Shown one piece after another: positions 1 to 13,600 of a stretch of DNA of 64,000 bases; positions within the stretch are counted from its first letter, which is position 1, and each line of letters begins with the position of its first letter. Origin of the DNA: Squalus acanthias (taxonomy: Eukaryota). A program made the position numbers and the translations under genes. The DNA lies in NCBI GenBank assembly GCA_030390025.1, contig CM059438.1:69070001-69134000 (forward strand), given 5' to 3'. The notes under the pieces were generated by a model that did not search any database, was not told the origin of the DNA, and saw only the letters and a program-made list of their open reading frames with translations.

Positions 1-48
1 TGGTTCATGCAGCAAGCTCTTGATCTCAACTCTCCTGTGAAATCACTT

Positions 49-2408
49 AGAATCATAGAATCATAGAAAGGTTACAGCACAGAAGAAGGCCATTCGGCCC
101 ATCGAGCCCATGCCGGCTCTCTGCAAGAGCACTTCAGCTAGTTCCACTCCCCCACCCTTTCCCCGTAGCCCTGCAAATTTCTTTCCTTCAGGTACTTATC
201 CAATTCCCTTTTGAAAGCCGTGATTCAGGCCGTGCATTCCAGATCTTAACCACTCGCTGCGTAAAAAAGTTTTTTCTTACGTCGCCTTTGATTCTTTTGC
301 CAATCACCTTAAATCTGTGTCCCCTGGTTCTCGACCCTTCTGCCTTCACATCCTTCCTAAAGTGTGGTGCCCAGAATTGGACACAGTACTCCAGTCGGGG
401 CCGAACCAATGTTTCATCCAGGTTCATCATAATTTCCAAACGTTTGTACTCTATACCTCTATTCATGAAGCCCAAGATCCCATAAGCCTTTTTAACTGCT
501 TTCTCAACCTGCCCTGCCACCTTCAATGATTTGTGCACACATACCCCCAGGTCTCTCTGTTCGTGCACCCCCTTCAGGATTGTACCATTTAGTTTATATG
601 TCTTCTCCTCATTCTTTTGACCAAAATGTATCACTTCACACTTTTCTGCGTTAAATTTCATCTGCCATGTGTCCGCCCATTTCACCAGCTTGTCTATGTC
701 TTCCTGAAGTCTATCACTATCTTCCTCACTGTTCACTATACTTCCAAGTTTTGTGTCATCTGCAAATTTTGAAATTGTGCCCTGTACACCCAAGTCCAAG
801 TCATTAATATATATCAAGAAAAGCAGTGGTCCTAGAACCTACCCCTGGGGAACACAACTGTATACCTTCCTCCAGTCTCAAAAACAACCATTCACCACTA
901 CTCTCTGTTTCCTATCAGTTAGCCAATTTCGTATCCATGCTGCCACTGCCCCTTTTATTCCATGGGCTTCAATTTTGCTGGCAAGCCTTTGTGCGCTTTG
1001 TCGAACGACTTTTGGAAATCCATGTACACTACGTCAACTGCATTATCCTCATCAACCCTTTCTGTTACCTCATCAAAGAACTCAATCAAGTTAGTTAAAA
1101 ACGATTTGCCTTTAACAAATCCTTGATGGCTTTCCTTAATTAATCCACACTTGACCAAGTGACTGTTAATTTTGTCCCTGATAACAGTTTCTAAAAGCTT
1201 CCCCACTACCAAGGTCAAACTGACTGGCCTGTAGTTGCTGGATTTATCTTTACACCCTTTTTTGAACAATGGTGTAACATTTGCAATTCTCCAGTCCTCT
1301 GGCACCACCCCTGTATCTAAGGAGGATTGGAATATTATGGCCAGTACCTCCGCGATTTCCTCCCTCAATTCCCTCAGCATCCTAGGATGCATTCCATCTG
1401 CTCCTGGTGACTTATCTACTTTAAGTACAGCCAGCCTTTCTGATATCTCCTTTTGTATTAATTTTTATCCTATCAAGTATCTCCACTACCTCCTCCTTTA
1501 CTAAGTCTATGGCAGCAACCTCTACCTTGGTGAAGACAAATGCAAAGTACTCATATAGTACCTCAGCCATACACTCTGCCTCCATACATAGGTTTCCTTT
1601 TTGGACCCTAATCGGCCCCACCCCTCCTCTTACTGACTCTTTTACTATTTATATGCCTATAGAAGACTTTTGGATTACCTTTTATGTTGGCTGCCATTCT
1701 ATTCTCATACCCTCTCTTTTCCCCTCTTATTTTCTTTTTCACTTCTCCTCTGACCTTTCTATATATAACTTGATTCTCAGATGTATTTGCAACCTTGACA
1801 TCTGTCATACACACTCTTTTTCTGCTCATCATATTCTCTATGTCTTTCATCATCCAGGGAGCCCTGACTTTAGTTGCCCTGCCTTTCCCCCTAGTGGGAA
1901 TGTACCTCAACTGTACCTGAACTATTTCCTCTTTAAAGGCAGCCCGTTGTTCCATTACAGTTCTGTCTGCCAATCTTTGATTCCAGTTTACCTGGGCCAG
2001 ATCCGTTCTCATCCCACTGAAATTGGCCTTCCCCCAGTTAAACATTTTTACTCTAGATTGCTCCCTGTCCTTTTCGATAGCTAATCTAAACCTTATGATA
2101 CAATGCCTCCTCCTTCATCGGGCCGGAAACATACTGATCAGGAAAGTTCTCCTGAACACACTTCAGAAATGCTTCCCCTTCTCTGCCCTTAACACTATTA
2201 CGATCCCAGTCTATATTAGGATAGTTGAAGTCCCCCATTATCACGACTCTATAGTTCTTGCACCTCTCTGTGATTCCTCTGCAAATTTGCTCCTCCATAT
2301 CTTTCCCACTATTTGGTGGTCTATGGAATACACCTAGTAGTGTAATGGCCCCTCTATTATTTCTTAACTCTAGTCCTTGACCCCTCCAGGACATCCTCCC
2401 TCTCCAAG
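49..2408 (-). mobile_element. CR1-clade LINE, 5'-truncated and decayed (APE C-terminus to RT to 3' tail), with internal deletions
   Basis: ORFs 2086-2394 (GDFNYPNIDW, APE), 955-1392 (DWRIANVTPLFKKG, YMDFQKSFDK) and 188-817 (YINDLD..KFADDTKL). (TTCTATGA)n tail on the minus strand near 49-68. Confidence 0.93.
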
Positions 2409-2930
2409 ATTATATAATTTCACGCATTCACTTGAACAGATAGCAAACATCAGAAAGTTATTACATAAAACGTGAATTTATCAAGAGTCTTATCAGATCA
2501 AAACATCTTGCCTGATGAATTTATGTTGGCGTGCAATGCTGAAGATTTATAGGAAAAGATCATAGAAACAGTCCAAGAAAGCTGGATCTGAACAGAGACA
2601 GTGGAGCACCCAGCATCAGTCCTGTAATTCCTCACAACCAGACAGTACACTCGACATCACATTCATTTTGAATTGGAAGAATGATGTATTGAAGTGCTTT
2701 ATAATTATATTTTCTGGACAATATAAATGATTTCAGCCAGAAAAGCAACTCTTTTTAAAAACTGAAAATCTATTCAATGCATAGCGCATCTGTAGAGAAC
2801 AATGGTAGGTTTACATTTTGGGTGTAGACCCTTAATCAGATTTGTTTTGAAATTGGAAACAGTAAGCAATCACTTCTCTTTATACAAGCTGCTGGATCTC
2901 GTATTTCCAGCATCTTTTTTTTTAATGAAA

Positions 2931-3385
2931 GGGCTGATTTTAACCCTGCAGATTTTAAAGCCTGGCAGAAACTGGGTGGGTGGGAGGTTAAAATGGCCCA
3001 TGGGACTTACCTGCACTCATCTCCCAGCCGTCCCATGGGTTGCGAGCTTAATCTTCCGAGCAGGTGAGAGGGACGCCCTTCAGAAGGCAGCCAGGTCCTT
3101 CTTTAAATGTGCAGATGGGGCTCCAATGACTCCATTATGGGCCCGACTGCAGTTCCACCTGGAGACCTGTGTGGTGAAGCTGTTGTGACTTCCCCCGCCA
3201 GACCGACCCACGAGATAGGGACTAGCAGAGGCGGTTTGGGTTCAGAGGCTTCCCCGACCCCCCACCCCCAACCACTTACCTGTCCATTCCTTCGGGTCCT
3301 CGATGGCCGCTTCCTGCCATCCAAATTCCTGCTCCCACCCACCGGCCAGCTACTGCTTCCCACTTGGTTCGAGCCGGAGATTTCT
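2931..3385. mobile_element. Non-autonomous Harbinger-like MITE fragment
   Basis: Begins GGGCTGATTTTAACCC, similar to the termini at 59096 and 32485. GC-rich body with ACTTACCTG at ~3274. Right end unclear. Confidence 0.5.
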
Positions 3386-4220
3386 CCTTTTCAAATATAT
3401 ATCCAATTCCCTTTTGAAAGTTATTATTGAATCTGCTTCCACCACCCTTTCAGGCAATGCATTCCAGATCATCATAACTCGCTGCGTGAAAAAAATTCTC
3501 CTCATTTCCCCTCCCTGGATTTTTTGCCAATTATCTTAAATCTATGACCTCTGGTTACTGACTCTCCTGCCAGTGGTAACAGTTTCTCCCCATCTACTCT
3601 CAAAACCCCATATAATCTTGAACACCTCTATCAAATCCCCCCTTAACATAAGAACATAAGAAATAGGAGCAGGAATAGGCCACTTGGCCCCTCGAGCCTG
3701 CTCCGCCATTCAATGAGATCATGGCTGATCTTGGGCTCAAAGCCACTTCCCCGCCCGCTCCCCATAACCCTTCACTCCCTTATCTTGCAAAAATTTGTCT
3801 ATCTCCACTTTAAATGTATTTAATGACCCAGCCTCCACAGCTCTCTGGGGCAGAGAATTCCACAAATTTACAACCCTCTGAGAGAAGAAGTTCCTCCTCA
3901 TCTCAGTTCTAAAAGGGCGACCCTTTATTCTGAGACTATGCCCCCGAGTTCTAGATTTCCCCATGAGGGGAAACATCTTCTCTGCATCTACCCTGTCGAG
4001 CCCCCTCAGTATCTTATATGTTTCAATAAGATCACCTCTCATTCTTCTAAATTCCAATGAGTATCGGCCCAGCCTGCTCAACCTTTCCTCATAAGTCAAC
4101 CCCCTCATCTCTGGAATTAACCTAGTGAATCGTCTCTGAACTGCCTCCAATGCAAGTATTAACCATCTCTGCTCGATGGAGAACAATTACAGCTTCTCTA
4201 TTCTCTCCACGTAACTTGAA
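3386..4220 (-). mobile_element. Older CR1 3' fragment interrupted by a younger CR1 3' end (3646-4159)
   Basis: ORF 3737-4186 (AVQRRFTRLIP..RMRGDLIETYKI..NLWNSLP). (TTCTTATG)n tail at ~3646-3661. TTAAC on both sides of the inner copy, and the outer CR1 resumes at 4160. Confidence 0.9.
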
Positions 4221-5451
4221 GAATAATGAGATACCTGAGAGCTTTTGGGGATTACGTACTTTGACTGGATTGTTATAGTCAGAACCAAAAACCCCAAACT
4301 GAAGAAAACATGAAACTAACTTTCCTTTTTAACCAACATCTCTGCAACAGGGTTTAATGTTACAAAAGAGTTCCTGATTAAATATAATTTTAAATTCAGG
4401 ACTCGTTATCTAAAATTCCCCTCCCCTCCTTGCTCAACTGATGATGCAATCCTTCAATCCATTAAGTTAACCTTTACTTTGTTGTTGTCCCTGAGACACA
4501 TAAATAAAAACTGCTGCCAGCCATTTGAGTACAAAACCCAATAAACGAGCAATGCAAATTTACAAATTCCAAAGTCGCACTTCTCACGGCAGCATCTTGC
4601 ACCAAGGGAAGAATCAGCGCCTTGAGGAGAATCAGTGACAAAATTTGAATGCAGAACAATCCAAGTTGCCTTGGCTTCCATTTCTGGTAACTTTATGGAT
4701 TTCCAAAGCAAAACAGATGAGTCGGATGCAAACAGAAATTATCGCCCATTATTAAATCATAAAAATCAGAAAGCTGGCCTACTTTCCCATCAGGAAACTG
4801 CTAAAAAGCTTTCAGCTTCCCATGCGTTCATTGATTGCAGTGCAAATCGTGAATTTGAAAGATTGCTGCTTGAGTGGATTGGGTCCATCATTACTCGACC
4901 CTTCAGGGGAAGTACAGAATACTTTTATGTTCAGCTAACTTGATAAAAGGGTGGTGTATAAAATGTAATTCAAGACCCAGATTAGTGGTGCGACATAATG
5001 TAAGGATTTAAGGTAAGATCACAGTTAGAGAAAATCATTTAATATTATTTTTTTTTAAAAAGCTGGAGGCCTATCATTTTATTTCATTTTCATACTTCTG
5101 TGGAAGCTTTTTGGATTTGTAATCAAATAGTTCTTAAACCTTCACAACTTAAGAAGAGGACATTTTGGGGTTTTTATTCCAATTAATTTTTTTTGATGCA
5201 GCAACTGCGAGTACTCCTGTGATCAGCCCCAGCTTACTACAAACCGTAGTGTGCCTTTATCTACTCACTATCCAAGTAATTAGTAGCGGGCCCCAAGCGT
5301 CAAACAGAAAACTCCCATCACTGTAATTTGGCTTCCTGATTATATTCGGCACTCTCACGTGACATTCCTTGACTTCGGAAGATGGTAGAATCAACATTCC
5401 ACCTAATCTGGCTCAGGCTATAAATGACAGAATAGGTATATGAAACACTAA

Positions 5452-7533
5452 GGGCTAAAAATTCGTGGCCTTAGCGCCACTTGTTAGCGCCATTAAACGG
5501 CGACCACCGTTTTTGTCCTTACCTTTGCGCTGCCGGTAACTGCCAGCGCCGTGCTGGACAAAATGGTAGCATTGTGACGTCAGTCGGCATGCAACGCCGA
5601 CTTTACATCACAAGTGCGAACTTCGACCCCAGTGCTGGGTCCTAAGCATGGCAGGTCAACCTGGCATGCAAGCAGGCCGACAGTGGTGATGCCTGCACCT
5701 CTTAAAGGGCCGCACACATCATTCAAGTAAGTTTGGATTTAAGGTTTTGGACTGGGTTTTTTAATTTTTATTGAAGTGATGGCTTGCTGCAATAGATGTG
5801 AAAAGTTTTTTTAAGTGTGTAGGGAATGCTGCTGGACGCTTGCAAAGGCTCGGATGGTAAATGAAGGCCTTTGAGAAGACAGAATGTGCTGCAAATACTC
5901 AGCAGGTCATGCAACATCAGTGGAGAGAAAAAGAGAGTTCACGTCTCAGATCGAAATGTTGCCTGACCAGCTGAGTATTTCCAGCATTTTATGCTGTCAT
6001 TTCACATTTACAGCATCCACTTGGAAGAGGAAGATACAGAAGAGGAGGAAGCCGTAGAGGAGGAAGCTGCAGAGGAGGAAGCAGAAGAGGAGGAATCAGG
6101 CGAAAAGATGCATCCCAGATAGTCCCTTTGTGGCTGGGATACCCGGGATGGAATCATCCACCTCCGAACCCTGTGACCACAACCCCAATTCCCTTTTCAA
6201 CATTAGCCCCACACCTTACCTTCCTGCTGTTACTGACCATCACAATGTCCTCTTGGCCACGATGCTAAAATAAAAGCCACCACAAAGCCATCTTTCCAAT
6301 CCGCCTATGTACATCTATCCATCCAATGTGACATCAACTCATCACCGGTATACATTCTCTTAGTGAGTGTCTTGTGTGTGCATTTGCCTATCCTACTGAT
6401 GTCCTGCAGTGCTACTTCAATGGCCGCAGCATGGCTGGTGGAAGGCTGCTGACTTTCAGTGGGGTACACTGCAAATATCCTTGCTGGTTGACTTTGAGGA
6501 GCTGGTGGCTGGGTGTGTCAAATCAATCATCGTCTTCTTGTTCTTCTTCACTCTCCTCTCCCTCTTCTTAGTCACCCACTGGCTGGGCAGGCTGCATTTC
6601 TTGGGTGTGTGAAATCAGGAAGGCAGAAGGGGAGCGGAGGGTGGGAAAGCATGAGGTGCATGCTAGAAGGAGGATAATATATGAGGATACCAGCATCTTT
6701 TATCCTTTCAGCCCTGCTGCTGGCCAAGACTCAGCCATGCCCCTGCCAAGAATGGCCTGCACCCTCTCCTCCAAAGGTGTGAGGTGAGTCTAGGAATGGG
6801 AGATGTGCCTCGTGATTGGTGCAGATTGTTGGTAGGTGAGTGATGGGGGTGGGGGTCGTGCATTGAGCAGTGTGTGAGGCTAATGGTGCAGTTGGTAGGT
6901 GACGGCTTTTGAGGATGCATTCACTGACCTTGACCAGCGGTCTGAGGTCATGAAGCTTCTTTGGGCAGTGGAGCCAAGTGGTGGGGGCGACACTGCTGGC
7001 AGTGGTGGCCTTGGTGATGTACTCCCACATCATTCTTTCTGGGGGGCCTCCTGGCCCCTGTGGGTAGAGGGCCAGTCTTGCAGTGTTGACCCCCTGCACA
7101 AAGCTGGAGTGCTGTGTGCAAGACCCTGGGTGCCCCTTCCCTGGCTTGCTAAGCCATTTATGTTAGTGCTGAGGCATTTTTCCCATTTTTTGAGGTTAGG
7201 AAGGGAATTTAGCTTTAAGAGCTGAATATTCACATTTGGGACTTCTTTTTAATGTTAAATATTTTTTTAAAGGCTGAAAACAGCATTGTTTCACTTCATT
7301 TTAATTTGTATTGCTTCAGTGTGCATGGCCCCTTTATTTCTCAGGCCTCTTCATTGCCCACAATTCCTTGCGAGTTCCACAGCCTCGCTTCCAGAGACTG
7401 TGGGAAGCTGCAACCCGGTCCTGCACACAAACTGTGGGTCAGATTTCTCCAGCAATGCCACCAGGACGGCGTTGCATGGCAGGTAAGCGCTGCGTCAACA
7501 ATCTCCATTCCCCCCCAGACCAATTTTGCCCCG
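5452..7533. mobile_element. PIF/Harbinger deletion derivative with acidic transposase C-terminal remnant (+) and spliced Myb/SANT-like gene remnant (-)
   Basis: Imperfect TIRs GGGCTAAAAATT / AATTTTGCCCC with TAA and TTA flanks. Glu-rich tract ~6025-6095. Minus ORF 6731-7099 (PTTWLHCPKKLHDLRPLVK) matches the Myb motif of the other copies. Confidence 0.75.
5878..6020. mobile_element. Penelope-like element terminal fragment in fold-back (inverted) arrangement
   Basis: ~40-bp inverted repeat of the motif GCCTGACC(T/A)GCTGAGTATTTCCAGCATTTT, also present at ~18100-18140 and ~25415-25460. Confidence 0.7.
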
Positions 7534-7584
7534 TTAGTGTTGTGGCCATTTTCAGTGGCTGTTAACTCCAGTTGCCAGTGCCTC

Positions 7585-10500
7585 CAATGCAAGTACATCC
7601 TTCTTTAAATAAGGAGACCAAAACTGTACGCAGGGAACTGGTCTCACTGGTCTCACCAATGCCCTGTACAGTTGTAGCAAGACGTCCCTACTTTTATACT
7701 CCAATCCCCTTGCAATAAAGGCCAACATTCAATTTGCCTTCCTAATTAATTGTTGTACCTGCACGCTAACTTTTTGTGTTTCATGTATGAGGACACCCAG
7801 GTCCCTCTGTAACGTAGAATTCTGTAATCTCTCTCCATTTAAATAATATTTTGCTTTTTTATTCTTCCTACCAAAGTGAATAACCTCACATTTTCCCACA
7901 TTATACTCCATCTTCCAAATTTTTGCCCACTCACTTAAACTATCTCTATCCCTTTGCAGACACTTTGTGTCCTCTTCACAACTTGCTTTCCCACCCATCT
8001 TTGTATTGTCAGCAAATTTGGCAACAGTACACTCGATCCCTTCATCCAAGTCATTAATATAGATTGTAAATAGTTGAGGCCCCAGCACTGATCCCTGTGG
8101 CACCCCACTAGTTACAGTTTGCCAACCTGAAAATGACCCATTTATCCTGACTCTTTGTTTTCTGTTAGTTAGCCAATCCTCTATCCATGCTAATATATTA
8201 CCCCCAACACCGTGAGCTCGTATCTTGTGCAGTAACCTTTTATGTGGCACCTTATCAAATGCCTTCTGGAAATCCAAATCTACTGGTTCCCCTTTATCCA
8301 CCCTGCTTGTTACATCCTCAAAGAACTCTAGTAAATTTGTCAAACACAATTTCCCTTTCATAAAACCATGTTGACTCTGCTTGATTGTATTATGATTTTC
8401 TAAATGTACTGCTATTACTTAATAATGGACTCCAGCATTTTCCCAATGACAGATGTTAGGCGAACTGGCCTATAGTTTCCTGCTTTCTGTCTCCCTCCTT
8501 TCTTGAATAGGGGCATTACATTCGCGGTTTCCAATCTGCTGGGACCATTCCAGAATCCAGGGAATTTTAGTAGATTACAACCAATACATCCACTATCTCT
8601 GCAGCCACTTCTTTTAAGACCCTAGGATGCAGGCCATCAGGTCCAGGGGACTTGTCAGCCTTTAGTCCCATTAGTTTGCCAAGTACTTTTTCTCTAGTGA
8701 TAGTGATTGTTTTAAGTTCCTCCCTCCCTATAGCCCCTTGATTATATATTATTATTGGGATGCTTTTAGTGTCTTCTACCATGAAGACAGATACAAAATA
8801 TTTGTTCAACACGTCTGCGATTTCCCTGATTCCCATTATTAATTCCCCAGTCTCATCCTCTAAGGGACCAACGTTTACTTTAGCTACTCTCTTCCTTTTT
8901 ATATACCTGTAGAAGCTCTTACTGTCTCTTTTTATATTTCTTGTTAGTTTACTCTCATAATCTATCTTCTCCCTTTTTATTATTTTTGTAGTCATCCTTT
9001 GCTGGTTTCTAAAAATTTCCCAATCCTCTGGTCTACCACTAATCTTCACAACATCGTATGCCATTTCTTTCAATTTAATACCATCCTTAACTTCCTTAGT
9101 TAGCCACGGATGGTTCATCCTTCTCATGGAGTCTTTCCTTCTCACTGGAATATACCTTTGCTGAGAGTTATGAAATATCTCCTTAAATATCTGCCAATAC
9201 TTATCTACCATCTTACACTTTAACCTATTTTCCCAGTCCACTTTAGCCAACTCTGTCTTCATACCTTTTTGTAATTGCCTTTATTTAAGTTTAAGACACT
9301 AGTTTCAGACCCAAGTTTCTCATCCTCAAACGGAATGTGAAATTCTATCATGCTATGATCACTCTTCCCTAGAGGATCCTTTACTATGAGATCATTAATT
9401 AATCCTGCCTCATTACACATTACCAGATCTAAAATAGCCTGCTCCCTGGTTGATTCCACAATGTATTGTTCTAAGAAACCATCCCGAATACACTCTATGA
9501 ACTCGTCCTCAAGGCTACCTTTGCCAATTTGATTTGTCCAATCTATATGAAGATTAAAATCACCCATGACTATTGCAGTACCTTTCTTACAAGCCCCCAT
9601 TATTTCTTGATTTATATTCTGTCCTACTGTGTAGCTACTGTTAGGGGACCTATAGAGTACTCCCACCAGTGACTTTGTTCCCTTACTATTTCTTATCTCC
9701 ACCCAAACTGATTCTACACCTTGATCTTCCAAGCCAATATCATTTCTCACTACTGTACTGATCTCATCCTTTATTAACAGAGCAATCCCACCTCCTTTTC
9801 CTTTCTGCCTATCCTTCCGAAATGTTAAATACCCCTGAATATTCAGTTCCTAGCTTTGGTCACCTTGCAACCACATCTCTATAATGGCTAGCAGATCATA
9901 CCCATTTATATCTATTTGTGCCGTCAATTCATCTATCTTGTTATGAGTGCTGCATGCATTCAGATAAAGAACCTTTAATGTTGTCTTTTTACCATTTTTC
10001 CCTAATCTTACCCTATTTGCTGGTGCACTCTTATGTTTGTACGCTCTGTCTCTTCCTGTCAGACTGATCAGCTCCGATGGATGGGTCACATCATCTGCAT
10101 GCCCGATACGAGACTCGCAAAACAAGCGCTCGACTAATAAAATAATAAAATATTAACAAGCGCTCTACTCAGAGCTCCGACATGGCAAGAGAGCCCCAGG
10201 TGAGCAGAGGAAATGCTTCAAGGACACCCTCAAAGCCTCCTTGAAAAAGTGCAACATCCCCACTGACACCTGGAATCCCTGGCCCAAGACCGCACAAAGT
10301 GGAGGAGAAGCATCCGGGAAGGCGTCGAACACCTTGAGTCTCTTCGCCGGGAGCAAGCGGAAGCCAAGCGCAAGCAGCGCACGTCAACCCAAACACCCCA
10401 CCCACCCGCCCCTTCAACCACCGTCTGCCCCACCTGTGACAGAGACTGTTGGTCCCGCATTGGACTCATCAGTCACCTGAGAACTCATTTTTAATGTGGA

Positions 10501-10754
10501 AGCAAGTCATCCTCGGTTCCGAGGGACTGCCTAAGAAGAAGATCATTACCCCTATCGCTACCCTGCACTATTGCCTTGTCCTTTCTCTTTAATTTTCTAA
10601 ATTTCCCCTCACCTGAAACCTCCCCCCAACTATTTAGTTTAAAGCCCTATCTACAGCCCCAATTATTTGATTTGCCAGGACACTGGTCCCAGCATGGTTC
10701 AAGTGAAGCCCATCCCAACGGAACAGCTCCCTCTTTCCCCAGTACTGGTGCCAG
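7585..10754 (-). mobile_element. CR1 LINE ORF2 remnant (APE + RT), lacking its 3' end
   Basis: ORFs 9850-10125 (LYLNACS), 9259-9750 (GDFNLHIDW, SDH), 8567-9262 and 7729-8361 (DFQKAFDKVPH, GVPQGSVLGP, KFADNTK). Flanked by TGCCAGTGCCTC direct repeats. Confidence 0.93.
10066..10521 (+). mobile_element. RTE-clade LINE 3' end inserted in CR1
   Basis: ORF 10241-10480 and adjacent frames (KKCNIPTDTW; CPTCDRDC..IGLISHLRTH). Closely similar to 29190-29620 on the reverse strand. (AAG)n tail. Confidence 0.88.
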
Positions 10755-10969
10755 TGCCAGTGCCTCTCCTAACAGCAACCAGCTGAACGGGAGTAAAGAA
10801 GTCGTTGATGAGGATTGCAAGTGCTACTTAAAGCCATGCTCAGCTTTCACTGTTCACTTGCTGATTGAGATCGACTGGCATTTGACAAGGACTTTTGATG
10901 GTAGACTTTCTGGGACACTTTGTCAAGACTTCACCAACACTCAATCAACATTTATTCTGGAAATTTTCT

Positions 10970-13600
10970 GAGGACTTCACCTCAAGAGAGTGAGTGCTGT
11001 GCTACTGTACCTTATTGGAAACCTTCTAGGAGTCACCAGGAGAAAGGGATTGGTTGGTCATGGGGATCTTGCTAAGGGTCCACTTTGGTCTGAAGGAGGA
11101 ATGGGTGGAGGAGATGAGGCCAGGCAGAGCTGCATCAGCTGCTGGAGGAGAGCGAGAGAGAGGAGGGACAGAAGGGTGAGCAGGGCTCCAGATTCATGGT
11201 GACTTGCTGCATGCTCCTCAATCTGGCGATCATGAGAGACCAGCCGTTACCACCAGCAATTATGTCAGAGTATCAAGCTCAGGAGCCACACGAGGAAGAG
11301 GAGGAGGTGGTTGAGGAGGAGGAGGAGGAAGATGAGGGGGACCAGTGAGAGCACCAGAGTGGTCCAGGAAGATGGCCTGCACCTGGGAGGGATGCTCGCT
11401 CCCATCTAATTGAAGGCCACCTTTGAGAGACATCCTCCACCATCAGAGTTCGAAGCACTGTTGCCACATGCCTTAGCTTCCACGACTGAGGATCCATCAC
11501 AAAATCCACTATTTGCATTCAACCCCTTCCCCATGAAGAACACAATAAAAAAGACCACCAATTCCAGCACTGCCCAATTACCATAGTCACTCTTTATCTA
11601 GAGCAAAACCAATGAAAACATGAAATAACCAACAGCACTTACAAATATGAAACTATTCACCCTGGTGCTTAGTGGCTATCCTATAAGTGCTCTTGCCTAC
11701 TCTGGTGCTTCTACGAAGTGCAACCCAAATGGCAACAGCATGCGAGGTGGATGGCTGCTTGGAATCTGAAGAGGGCAGATCATATGTCCTCCTGGGATGC
11801 CCTCGAGAGGCTATGGGCAGTAATGGCCCCGCCTCAGACTGCACCATCTCAGCATGGGCTTGAGCAGTCTGGGCTGCAAGGGCAATGCTGGAGTGGCAGG
11901 GGAAGGAGCAGGAACGCTGCCATCCGGAGAGAGGCCAGTAGGTTCCTGCTTCATGATTCCCACGCCACTACTTTGGGGCATCTGTTTAGCTGGAGGACAG
12001 ATCTCTGGGCAGCTGAGAAACATTGCAAGCCCCTTTTCACCGAGGAGCCCAGAGCCACCATGGCAGCTGCCTGAGCTTTCATTGCAGCAGATTGCCGTTC
12101 CATGGAAGATGCTATGACTGCAGTGGCAGCTGCAACCTCAGTCATCAGACGCTGCATGATGTTGGGCTCCACAAGTCACTGGATGGAATTGGCAGCCTCT
12201 CCACGCTGGAGAGGATGGGTTCCAGGCTCTGCGTCAAGCCACGGGCCAAGCTGGAGGCGGACCCCTCCACCCCCCTAGTCATGACCCGTAAGCTTTCAGG
12301 CAGGCTGAAGCTTGGCCCTACCAGGTCCTCATCTGACTCCTCTACAGCAGAACTAGTATGTGACCTTGCCACCCTGGCAAGGTGGCACCTGTGGTGTCCC
12401 TTCCACCCAGCGTGGCTGCTGCCCACTAGTGCCCAGTGCGTGAGGATCCCTGTTCTACCTTAGTCTCTAAGTTACGCATGGTGTCGGTCTCTGAGCTGGT
12501 GCCTGCGACAGTTGTAGCAATTGACGCAGAGCCTTCTATCTCATGCTCCTCCCCCTCCTCCTCCTCCTCCTCCTCCTCCTCCTTTTCCTCCGGGGTGGGG
12601 AGCGGGGGGGCGTGAGGTGGATCTTGCTACTGGGAGCCTGCAATGATAAAGGTAGAAGAGTTAGAGTGCAGAGCATGTGGCCACTATAGGAGGATGTTCT
12701 GATGAGACCATATGGAGCTTGTGAGTGAGGATAGGTTTGGAGGATTAGGAATCAGGAATAGTTGTGGATATGTAAGGAAGCTGGAGTGGCCACATACCTC
12801 GAGGCGATTTGTCCCCTGCTCTGCCTCTGGCCACGGTGTCTACCACTCCCCTCCCAATTACCGTCAGCACTACCTCCTCAAGAGGAGTGATATTATGCAG
12901 TCATGCTTCCCCTCCACCAGTCAGGTCCTGCTGCTGCCTGTTATGTGCTATCTTGTCCTGAAAGAGAGGGAGTTGTGATTGTGAATGTGTGTATTGGCGG
13001 GTGTGTTTGTGTGTGTGTGATGCCGCACATGGTTAAAGAGCTGTGAGATGTTCCTGAGGTGTGAGTAGTGCCTGTGAAGGATGCAATAGTGTGGGGTGTG
13101 TGAATGTCAGTGTATAGTTAGATGGTGGATGCAGTGTGTTGAGCTTATGATGCTGCTGGTGATGCAGTTATTGAGAAGTGTGAGATAGGATCTTACCTTG
13201 ACCACTCGTGTCAAATCGTTAAAATTTGGCAGCACTGGAGCCATGTCCTGGGGGCAGTGCTCCTGGCTGTGACCTCCTCGGCAATCTCCTCCCATATCCC
13301 TCGCATTAGTTGCCTCTGTGGCCTCCTTCCCCCCTGTGGGTGCAGGACATCCCTCCTCCGCTGTACCTCCTCCACCAGGACCTCCAGTTCTGCCTCTGAG
13401 GACCTGTGAGCCCTCTCCCTCGGTCCCTGAGTGCTGAACCTGCAGGTGTCCATTTTAGCGCCTACAGGCACGTTTAAATCATGGTAATCAGCAATTAGCC
13501 CCAAAATTGCGGGCTAAAAACAGACTTTTAAACAGGCATGTTTTATTAGCACAGAACCCACTTAGCGCCTGTTTTCACCATATCCCCAAAATAACACCCG
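10970..13600. mobile_element. PIF/Harbinger remnant: deleted transposase (+) and three-exon Myb/SANT-like pseudogene (-)
   Basis: Minus ORF 13211-13504 (RERAHRSSEAELEVLVEEV..WEEIAEEV..PRTWLQC). Splice signals at 13196 and 12958. C-terminal LRRSTR in ORF 11653-11847. Glu-rich transposase tail ~11290-11425. Boundaries approximate. Confidence 0.75.
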
